The notes under the pieces were generated by a model. That model was not told the DNA's origin. It saw only the letters and a program-made list of their open reading frames with translations, and made no database searches. From an uncultured virus (IMG/VR IMGVR_UViG_2061766007_003888) (taxonomy: Duplodnaviria; Heunggongvirae; Uroviricota; Caudoviricetes): a stretch of DNA of 39,893 nt. This document shows positions 9,911 to 18,921 of this stretch, one piece after another (position 1 is the stretch's first letter; each line of letters starts with the position of its first letter). The stretch lies in the IMG/VR virus record IMGVR_UViG_2061766007_003888; one strand, 5' to 3'. Made by a program: the position numbers and the translations under genes.

Positions 9911-10885
9911 ATGGATAAAATCCTTGAAACACTCGCCCAGAAGTTTACTGCAGAAGAGCTCAATGAGGTTAAGAAGTCTATTGAATCTACTGTCGATGAA
10001 AAGGTTCAGGCGAAACTAGACGAAGAAACAAAGGCCGTTGCCAAGAAGGCGGAAGAATTCTGCCAGAAGAAGATTAAGGAAGCCGTCGAGAAGAAGACTG
10101 CCGAAATCGAAGAAATTGCCAATAAGTTCTGCGCCGAAAAGTGCGAAGAGCTGAGCGAAGAAGCGAACAAGAAGGTTGAATCTTACAAGAAGAAACTCGA
10201 AGACGCTTCCGAACAGTATATTTTCGAATATTTCGACAAGGAATTCCAGGCAAAATACGGCAAGGAACTCGAAGAGATTGAAAACAAGGTCATTACCGGC
10301 CTTGACAAGTATCTCGAATATAACATCAACGAGAAGATCAATCCGTCCCTTATCCAGAAGACTGCTCTTTCTGAAACCTATGCTCCGATTATCGAAGGTA
10401 TCAAGCGCCTCTTCGAAGACGAATATGTCCCGATGGATCAGAGCGGTTCCAAGAAGATCCGCGAGCTCCGTGCCGAAAACAGCAAGCTCGAGGAATCGCT
10501 CAAGAAGCAGCTCGACGAGAATATGCGTCTTGCAGAACTCGTGGAAAACGCCGGCAAGAAGTCCCTCATTTCCGAGAAGGTTTCTGACCTGACCGCCGCG
10601 CAGCGTATCAAGGTCAAGAAGTTCTTCAAGGACAAGTCCCTCAACGAGACCAAGAAGGACATCGACGCCTACATCGAAATGATCCAGGAACAGACTGAGT
10701 CTATCGATTCCATGCGTTACGAGAAGGAACGCCTTTTCGAACATCATGACCGTCCGGTCCGTAAGACGAGCTACGTCGAAGACCGTACGCAGGAACCCCT
10801 TACTGAAAAGATGCGTCCGGTCCAGCCGGAACTCAGCGCCCGCGAACGCGCCCTGCTCCGTTCCGCTAGCCTCCTGGACGGCTAA
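9911..10885 (+). CDS. gp22: Prohead core scaffold protein (T4 gp22-like)
   Basis: E/K-rich coiled coil; LDKYLEY and IIEGIKRLFEDEYV motifs; directly upstream of the capsid gene; late promoter at 9870-9877. Confidence 0.82.
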   Translation: MDKILETLAQKFTAEELNEVKKSIESTVDEKVQAKLDEETKAVAKKAEEFCQKKIKEAVEKKTAEIEEIANKFCAEKCEELSEEANKKVESYKKKLEDASEQYIFEYFDKEFQAKYGKELEEIENKVITGLDKYLEYNINEKINPSLIQKTALSETYAPIIEGIKRLFEDEYVPMDQSGSKKIRELRAENSKLEESLKKQLDENMRLAELVENAGKKSLISEKVSDLTAAQRIKVKKFFKDKSLNETKKDIDAYIEMIQEQTESIDSMRYEKERLFEHHDRPVRKTSYVEDRTQEPLTEKMRPVQPELSARERALLRSASLLDG

Positions 10886-10980
10886 TTTTCAGAAAATACG
10901 AAAAAACGGAAATTTCATTTATAAATAAAATATGAATTCATTAGTAATTCAAAAAATTTAAATCAATAGGAGAATATTAA

Positions 10981-12300
10981 ATGAAGATTACAAAGACACA
11001 GGCTGGCATGATGGACCGCTGGAGCAAGGCTCCCAAGGGTCTGTCCGTCGCTGGCATCAAGGATAACCTTGTTCGCTATAATACTGCACGTCTTCTTGAA
11101 AACCAGCAGACCAAGAACCTCGGTTCCGAACTGTTGACTGAAGACTTCACTCAGGGCGTTGGCGCTCCTCTCGGTCTCGACCAGGGTATTCCCCACGGTG
11201 GTGACGCTAAGGGCGTGTTCGCTCCGATCTCCCTCGCACTCGTGCGTCGTGTGTTCCCGCAGCTTTTCGCGAACGTTCTCGTCGGCGTTCAGCCGTTGAC
11301 CGGCCCGGTCGGTTTGGCTTTCGCCCTCCGTTACATCTACAAGACCAACAACCCGAACGAACTCGTTGAAGCCGCATGGAAGGCTGTTCCGCGCTTCTCC
11401 GGTTATACCGGTTCTACCGCCAACAACGACGGTGAATGGGATGCCGGTACTGGCGTTGACACCCAGTCCGCTGAAGGTTGGAAGATTACTGGTCCGACGT
11501 TCGGTTCTGATGACCCGTCCGTCAGCCGCAAGATGCCTGAACTCGGCCTCATGCTGAGCCGCCAGTCCATCGTTGCCAAGACCCGTAAGCTTGCCGCTTC
11601 CTTCTCTCTCGAATCCGCTGCCGATATTAAGGCTATGCAGGGTATCGAAATGATGACCGAAATGATCAACGTCCTCCAGGCTGAAATGACCGCCGAAATG
11701 GACCGTGAAACTATCGGTCGTTGTAAGAGCCTCTGCACTCCGCGCGTGTTCAACAAGTCTACCAAGACTCTCGCTGAAAACGACGGTTTCATCGGCACGA
11801 ACTCTCAGGAACGTTTTGGTATGATTATCACCCACATCATGAAGGGCGTTAACGACATTCGTACCGCTACTCGTCGTGGTGCTGCTAACATCGCCGTTGT
11901 GTCCCCGGACGTCGCTACTGTTCTCCAGTGCGCTAACCCGTGGTTCACTAAGATTGCTCACGAAGTCAACGGTTCTGCCGTTACTCCGGAAATGGGTACC
12001 CTTAACGGTGTTGTGAAGGTCTTCTGTGACCAGTACGCTGTTGACGAATTCGGCGCTAACGACAACGGTGAAGTTCTCCTCGCGTTCAAGGGCACAAGCC
12101 TCTATGACGCTGGCGTTATCTTCTGCCCGTACGTTACCGGTGTTGTCAACCAGGCGATTGACCCGAATGATTTCTCTCCGAGAGTTGGTATTATGACCCG
12201 CTACGGATTTGCCCACAACATGCTTGGTGCTGAGAATTACTATCGCTTGCTCAAGTTCAACGGCTTGTTCGCTGACGCTCCTGAAGCACTCGAATGGTAA
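10981..12300 (+). CDS. gp23: Major capsid protein (T4 gp23-like)
   Basis: ARLLENQ, LVRRVFPQLFA..GVQPLTGPVGLAFALR, AKTRKL, FCPY, FSPRVGIMTRYG; promoter at 10920-10927; AGGAG RBS. Confidence 0.97.
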   Translation: MKITKTQAGMMDRWSKAPKGLSVAGIKDNLVRYNTARLLENQQTKNLGSELLTEDFTQGVGAPLGLDQGIPHGGDAKGVFAPISLALVRRVFPQLFANVLVGVQPLTGPVGLAFALRYIYKTNNPNELVEAAWKAVPRFSGYTGSTANNDGEWDAGTGVDTQSAEGWKITGPTFGSDDPSVSRKMPELGLMLSRQSIVAKTRKLAASFSLESAADIKAMQGIEMMTEMINVLQAEMTAEMDRETIGRCKSLCTPRVFNKSTKTLAENDGFIGTNSQERFGMIITHIMKGVNDIRTATRRGAANIAVVSPDVATVLQCANPWFTKIAHEVNGSAVTPEMGTLNGVVKVFCDQYAVDEFGANDNGEVLLAFKGTSLYDAGVIFCPYVTGVVNQAIDPNDFSPRVGIMTRYGFAHNMLGAENYYRLLKFNGLFADAPEALEW

Positions 12301-12324
12301 TTTGAGAAAATTCGGACTAAATTT

Positions 12325-12362
12325 AAAATGCAGGTTTACAAAAACCTGCATTTTATTATATT
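12325..12362 (+). terminator. Capsid gene terminator overlapping a possible early-type promoter
   Basis: AAAATGCAGGTTT-acaa-AAACCTGCATTTT; contains GTTTAC (12334)-N17-TATATT (12357). Confidence 0.7.
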
Positions 12363-12380
12363 TTATAAAATTATAGTTAG

Positions 12381-14780
12381 ATGAAATTATATATGCAGAC
12401 AGAATTTATTTGTAAAATTTGTGGTCAGAAATTTGATAATGCGAAATCATTTTCGAATCATTTGACAAGAAATCATAAGATTTTGTCAAAAGATTATTAT
12501 GACAAATATATAAAGTCTGATAATGAAGGTATATGTAAAATATGCGGTAATCCTACTAATTTTAAGAATCTTACGGTTGGATATAGAACATATTGCTGTA
12601 ATGAATGTTCTCGTAAAGATAAAGATATATATGAAAAATTAAAAAATACAAATATAGAACGATACGGTGCAAGTTGCTCGCTTGCAAATATTGATATAAG
12701 GCAAAAAGCGAAAGAGACTAAGCGTGAACGCTATGGTGATGAAAACTATTGTAATTCCGCGCGTATAAAATTGAGATATGAAGAAAAAACATTGCAGAAA
12801 TTTAAAGAAAATGTAAAAGATTGCGATATTTTATCTTATGCGAATAAACAATTTACATGTAAATGCAATACGTGTAATCGAATATTTATTGTAAATGAAT
12901 CATTTGCTTATTTAAGACATTATAGGTATCATATGCCTATTTGTACGTATTGTAATCCGGAATATACGTTTAATTCACAAAGTGAAAAACAGATAGTTGA
13001 TTTTATACGAAACGGTACAGATGATACAAAGCCCATAATTGATCCTATGAATCGATTACAGTGTCAGATATGTGGTCAGGAATTTATGAAATATGACTGT
13101 GTTTCTCGCCATGTTAAAATCAAGCACGGCATAGATTATAAAGAATATTATGACAAATATTTTAAATCTGAAGATGAGGGAAAATGCCTTGAATGNNNNN
13201 NNNNNTGCGTATAAAATTGAGATATGAAGAAAAGACATTGCAGAAATTTAAAGAAAATGTAAAAGATTGCGATATATTATCTTATGCGAATAAACAATTT
13301 ACATGTAAATGCAATACGTGTAATCGNNNNNNNNNNTGGAAAAACTACGGGTTTTCAAGGCATAAAAGCTGGTTATAATACATATTGTTCACGTGCATGT
13401 TCTTGGAAATATTTAACAAAATTAAACGAGATAAAAGATAAACGTATTAATACATGTATCAAGAAATATGGTACACCGCAATATATTAATTCGGAAGAGT
13501 TTTCAAAAAAGAGTGAAAANNNNNNNNNNCGGAAAAACTACGGGTTTTCAAGGCATAAAAGTTGGTTATAATACATATTGTTCACGTGCATGTTCTTGGA
13601 AATATTTAACCAGATTAAACGAGACAAAAGATAAACGTATTAATACATGTATCAAGAAATACGGTACACCGCAATATATTAATTCGGAAGAGTTTTCAAA
13701 AAAGAGTGAAAATACAAATTTATTAAAATTTGGTGTTAAAAACGGTGGTGGGAGTAAATTTGCTATTAATAAAATTAGAGATACGAAGTTAAGACTTTAT
13801 GGTGATATAAATTATAATAATGGTGAAAAAAAAGAGTTAGATACTATAAAAAAATTATCGGAAACTATATCAGAAATNNNNNNNNNNATCATACTCCAAT
13901 TTGTACAATATGTAATCCGATAGATAAACTTTCGTCAGTTACAGAAAAGAATATAGCAGAGTTTTTAAATAAAAATAATATAGTTGTTATTGAAAACGAC
14001 CGTACGGTATTGCACGGTCATGAACTTGATATTTATTTGCCAGAAAAGAAATTAGCATTTGAATATGACGGATTGTATTGGCATTCTGAGTTGTATAAAG
14101 ATAAAAATTATCATTTATCGAAAACTGAAGAATGCGAAAAACAGGGTATACAACTAATTCATATTTTTGAAGATGAATGGATATACAAGAGGGATATTGT
14201 TAAATCGAGAATTAATGGATTACTTGGATTAAATAATAGAATTTTTGCAAGAAAATGTCAGGTAAAAGAAGTTCCATACAAGGAGTCAGAAGAGTTTCTT
14301 AATATGTGTCATATACAGGGAAATTGCATGTCTACTTATAGATATGGACTTTATTATAATGACGAATTGGTATCATTAATGACATTTGGTAAATCAAGAT
14401 TTAATAAAAATGAATTTGAATTGTTAAGATATTGTAATAAATTAAATACTAATGTTGTAGGCGGCGCTTCGCGGCTTTTTAATCATTTTCTGAAAGAACA
14501 TGGGGAGATAGAAGAGGTGATATCGTTCGCGGATCGTCGATGGTCTATTGGAAACTTATACAAAAAGCTCGAGTTTACATTAGTTGGACATACAGATCCT
14601 GCATATTATTATATTATTGACGGTATTAGACATAATCGAGTAGAGTTCCAGAAACATAAGTTAATTGCGGAAGGATTTTCACCGGATAAGACAGAACATG
14701 AGATAATGTTATCAAGAAAGATATATAGGATTTATGATTGCGGTAATTTGAAATACAGATTTACCCGTTTACCATATTAA
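12381..14780 (+). CDS. Free-standing homing-endonuclease-like protein (zinc fingers, TNxxRYG repeats, C-terminal PD-(D/E)XK/Hef-like domain), fragmented by assembly gaps
   Basis: C2H2/CxxC motifs; ELDIYLPEKKLAFEYDGLYWH; IQLIHIFEDEW; SFADRRWS; RIYDCGNLKY; clearly more AT-rich than its flanks. One gene or two cannot be resolved. Confidence 0.75.
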
Positions 14781-14846
14781 TATCGAAAATAAATCCATAT
14801 TTCAGTTATAAATAACTTTGTAGGTTTAATACAAGGTTATTTTTAT

Positions 14847-15933
14847 ATGTGGATGAAGAGTGCTGAGCTTCGCGGTCATGACGAAGTAATCGAAATGACG
14901 CAGGAGCAGATGGATGAATATATCAAGTGTTCGCGCGATATATTTTATTTTTGCAAGTATTTCTATATTATCCAGGACAAGAAGGGATCCGCGCCGATAG
15001 AGCTGCGCGAATACCAGGAACGTATAATCAGGATGTTCCTTGCCGAATATAAGGACAAAGAAGGAAACATACGCAATAACCGCATAGTGACTCTCGGCCG
15101 TCAGGGCGGTAAGACGACGATTTGTACGCTGTTCATTCTTTGGTATGCGCTTTTTAATAAGGACAAGGAAATCGCGGTTCTCGCGAACAAGGAACAGCAG
15201 GCTAAGGAAATTATGTTGAGAATTCGCGCGGCCGTATTGAAGTTGCCTCTTTGGTTGCAACCCGGTATAAATCCTGACCGTGGCGGATGGTCGAAGGAAA
15301 GCATAGGNNNNNNNNNNCAAGGACAAGGAAATCGCGGTTCTCGCAAACAAGGAACAGCAGGCCAAGGAAATTATGTTGAGAATTCGCGCAGCTGTATTGA
15401 AGTTGCCTCTTTGGTTACAACCCGGTATAAATCCTGACCGTGGCGGATGGTCGAAAGAAAGCATAGGTTTCGATAACGGCTGCAAGATATTCTGTGCGGC
15501 TTCGGGTTCGTCCGCGATACGTGGTCGTACGGTCGACTTGATGCTCGTGGACGAATTCGCGTTCTTGCCGGCGGAAGACGCCGACGATTTTATCCGTTCC
15601 GTGTTCCCGACGCAGTCATCACGTTCCGATGCTATGTTGATACTTATATCGACACCGCACGGCATGAACCAGTTTTACAATATATGGCAGAAGGCGATTG
15701 CCGGTATTAACTCGTTCGTGCCGGCCAAGGTACAGTGGTACGAGATACCTGGACGTGACGAGAATTTCAAGCAGAAGACTATTCGTGATCTCGGTATCCA
15801 GACATTCCAGCAGGAATATGCCTGTCTGTGCGGTAATGAGAAGATAACGGTGAAGGACGAGGTTACCGGTGTAGAATTGACCGATCGTATCGACCGGATA
15901 TACGAGCTCTGGCAGGACGGTTTTTTGAAATAA
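14847..15933 (+). CDS. gp17: Large terminase N-terminal (ATPase) half fused to a split-intein N-fragment; about 308 aa once the 160-nt assembly duplication is removed
   Basis: LREYQ adenine motif, Walker A GRQGGKTT, Walker B LMLVDEFAF, ISTPHG, FQQEYA, then CLCGNEKITV; stop and terminator follow; nuclease domain absent. Confidence 0.92.
15823..15933 (+). other. Intein N-fragment (IntN, 36 aa) of an atypically split intein
   Basis: CLCGNEKITVKDEVTGVELTDRIDRIYELWQDGFLK*: block-A-like Cys1 start plus an I-x-x-I-Y helix, at the QQEY.|C terminase site. Confidence 0.8.
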
Positions 15934-15941
15934 CGAATATT

Positions 15942-15969
15942 GCCCGGATAAATTCCGGGCTTTATTTTT
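15942..15969 (+). terminator. Intrinsic terminator after the terminase N-half
   Basis: GCCCGGA-taaat-TCCGGGC then TTTATTTTT. Confidence 0.75.
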
Positions 15970-16022
15970 AAAAATCCGGATAAGATGTTATAAATATTAT
16001 AAAGTATATAAGGATTTTTACC

Positions 16023-16688
16023 ATGGAAGCGAAAAAGTTATTGTGCGAAGAAGCTTGCGCCGAAGCAAAGATGCTTAATGAGGAAACTAATGGCGTTAAG
16101 ACTATGTACATTTCCGGTCCGTTTATGATGGCCGAGGAAGTCAACAGGAACGGCAGGACGTATTCCCGTTCCATTATTGAACGCGAAGTCAACAAGTTCC
16201 AGAAGCTTATCGAATCCCGTGAAGCGCTCGGCGAGCTTAATCACCCGGATACGATTGAGATTAACCCGAAGGAATCTGCCATCATGATTACGGAGCTCAA
16301 GATGGACGGCAATCTTGCAATGGGTAAGGCGAAGGTTCTGCATACACCTAACGGCAAGATTCTCGAATCCCTTTTAAATGACGGTGTCCGTATGGGTGTT
16401 TCGTCCCGCGGTACCGGTAACTTGACCGAAGGCAACATGGTCGCAGAAGACTATTCACTTGTGACGATTGACAGCGTATATATGCCGTCTGCCCAGGTAG
16501 CCTATACCGATCCAATGTATGAATCCGTTCAGTACGTTTCCAAGTGGGTCCTGAACGAAGCGACCGGTCTCTATATCGAACAGCGCGAGAAGGTGTTCGA
16601 GGCACAGAAGAAGTTCAACAAGACGGTTGACAACGGCGGTTCCAAGGAAATCGTCAAGGCATTCCAGGAATTCCTAAAGTCGATTTAA
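16023..16688 (+). CDS. gp21: Prohead protease (T4 gp21-like)
   Basis: YISGPFM.AEEVNRNGRTY, ALGELNHP, TPNGKIL, GVSSRGTG; late promoter at 15989-15996. Confidence 0.95.
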   Translation: MEAKKLLCEEACAEAKMLNEETNGVKTMYISGPFMMAEEVNRNGRTYSRSIIEREVNKFQKLIESREALGELNHPDTIEINPKESAIMITELKMDGNLAMGKAKVLHTPNGKILESLLNDGVRMGVSSRGTGNLTEGNMVAEDYSLVTIDSVYMPSAQVAYTDPMYESVQYVSKWVLNEATGLYIEQREKVFEAQKKFNKTVDNGGSKEIVKAFQEFLKSI

Positions 16689-16706
16689 CGTATATTTTGA
16701 AAGTTT

Positions 16707-16736
16707 AAAAATATGGGATCCGTATCCCATATTTTT
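16707..16736 (+). terminator. Intrinsic terminator after gp21
   Basis: AAAAATATGGGAT-ccgt-ATCCCATATTTTT. Confidence 0.75.
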
Positions 16737-16844
16737 ATTATATGCCATGGATAAATAGTCAATGGTAATTTATGTCTGCCCGGACATCTGGATATTTTCG
16801 AATGCATAAATAAAATAGGGTTATATTTAAAACGGGAGATATAA

Positions 16845-17425
16845 ATGAAATTATTCAAGACACTACTGTTTATTGTCGCCATGATCGTCATGCCGTCGCT
16901 TGCCGGTCCCGGTCTTGCTGACGGCGCCGCCAAGTTCGTCGGTAACATTACGACGCGCGGACAGGTACGTAGCGACTTTACGGAACTGTGGAACCAGATT
17001 ACCGCCGAAAACGAATGTAAGTGGGCTTCTATTGAAGGAACCCGCGGTCGTTACAACTGGGGCGGTTGCGATGCAGCCTATAACTGGGCGAAGAATAACG
17101 GCGGCCATTTCAAGTTCCACGCCTTGGTGTGGGGCTCCCAGTACCCGAACTGGTTGAACGGGCTCAGTGCCGACGAGACAAAGAAGGCCATTACCGTGTG
17201 GTTCGACGCGGTTGCCGCCCGTTATCCGGATCTCGAGATGATCGACGTGGTGAACGAGGCCATTAAGTCGGGAGGCAGCTATCACTCCGGTTACGGTAAC
17301 GGTAACAATATTATCCAGGCACTCGGAGGCGATAACGGTAATTACGAGTTCGTCGCGACCGCGTTCAAGATGGCGCGTGAACGTTGGCCGGAAGCTATCT
17401 TGATTTATAACGACTACAATACTGT
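16845..17425 (+). CDS. Endo-1,4-beta-xylanase (GH10), signal peptide and N-terminal half; continues in 38679-39893 on the minus strand
   Basis: Signal peptide MKLFKTLLFIVAMIVMPSLA; QITAENECKW, FHALVWGSQYP.W, DVVNEA (acid/base Glu), LIYNDYN; GGAG RBS. Confidence 0.93.
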
Positions 17426-17795
17426 NNNNNNNNNNNNNNNNNNNNNNNNNNNNNNNNNNNNNNNNNNNNNNNNNNNNNNNNNNNNNNNNNNNNNNNNNNN
17501 NNNNNNNNNNNNNNNNNNNNNNNNNNNNNNNNNNNNNNNNNNNNNNNNNNNNNNNNNNNNNNNNNNNNNNNNNNNNNNNNNNNNNNNNNNNNNNNNNNNN
17601 NNNNNNNNNNNNNNNNNNNNNNNNNNNNNNNNNNNTGTCTCGTACATATCAGTGAATTCCTTCTTCGAATCCACAAAATACTGCTTNNNNNNNNNNCTTC
17701 TGTATGGTCAAATCATAATCCATATTGTTTAAATATAGAAAAATAATTCGTATGTTTACAAATTTTTACATTTCTTCTGAATATCTTGTATAGGC

Positions 17796-18836
17796 CTAGG
17801 AATTTACAATTTCCAAGTTCGTATATTCGGTATCTATGACCTGCTCGATCTTGCCTATCAATTCCTGAACATTGTCGTTCTTGTACAATGGCAGGCCCGC
17901 CGCATGACGGTGACCGCCTCCCTTGCCAATCTGCTTGCAGACATCGGTCAAATCAAGATCGTCACAGCGAATCGACAAATTATTCTTATTCTTGATAAGG
18001 AACCACTTATATCCGGCCTTCTTCAGCTCGTCGATGCATTCGTGCATAAACCTATCAGTCTCGAAGAAAACACCCTTGTGTGCAAGATCAAATATCTCGA
18101 GNNNNNNNNNNATGCCGGAATTTAATCCGGCATTAAACGTTATACGTCGTACTTGCTCCCGCTGAATTCCACCGAACCATATCTCGGATCGTCAACAACC
18201 TTGTATAGGTAATCGGCTCCGCCGTTCTTGTAATCCTTCGGATCGACCGTATACGTACCTTCCTCGTTATACTGTGAATAATACGCATCATACGGTTCGT
18301 CATANNNNNNNNNNTTCCTCGTCGGAGAACTTCAGATTGCCCTTGATAAAACGACGCAAGAACCACTTGTTGCCCATTTCCCAGTACAGGTTATTGAAAT
18401 ACGTGGACCGCGGATCCTTGAGCCTGAACATATCCCAGTCGTCAACCAGGGTCGCAAAAGGCAAAAGATAGGAAATGTCCTTAAACTTGCTTATAAACTT
18501 GTATACGAGCATCGTGGCGGACCACTGGGTATTTATCACGATCGTCTCGTTGTTATTCCTGTCGGCCACCGATTCGTGGTGGTCAAGAACCAGCATATGT
18601 CCCAGCTTGCACAGTTCCGCGTAGGAAGACGTCGGGCAAAAATCCGTAGAAATGATAATGTCGTATTTTCCCTCATACGACCTTACCTCGTCGGCGAGCT
18701 TCCATTCGGTATTGTAGTTAATCGGTACCGATATTACGTTCTTGTAGAAGTTTTTCAGAATGATGGTGCATGCGCAACCGTCTAAATCCGAATGGGAAAT
18801 ATTCAAAATTCTTAAATCAGGATTATTGTAATTCAT
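17796..18836 (-). CDS. DHH/DHHA1 family phosphoesterase (about 292 aa reconstructed), scrambled by assembly
   Basis: SHSDLDG, STDF, LDHHES, GGGHRHAAG. Pieces 18836-18315, 17686-17636 and 18101-17796 join in frame; 18112-18304 is an inserted duplicate of the neighbouring gene end. Confidence 0.85.
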
Positions 18837-18921
18837 AGCATAAAATATAGCAAAAATCTGCTAAATTTCATAAACACAATAAAAATCTGTATTTTTAAAA
18901 ATGTCGGAATTTAATCCGGCA

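Noticed and set aside
13206..13712. Direct repeats in the endonuclease region as a possible array
   Set aside because: Each copy is bounded by N gaps and duplicates adjacent coding sequence; no repeat-spacer structure.
15158..15467. Apparent tandem duplication or frameshift inside the terminase
   Set aside because: Two ~150-nt near-identical copies flank a 10-N gap and differ at synonymous sites; an assembly bubble of strain variants.
15931..16022. Stop-codon recoding or read-through to explain the short terminase
   Set aside because: The stop is TAA followed by a terminator and gp21; other genes are full length in the standard code.
18112..18304. Insertion disrupting the DHH gene (pseudogene)
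   Set aside because: It is a variant copy of 18901-19093 between N gaps; the DHH pieces rejoin in frame.
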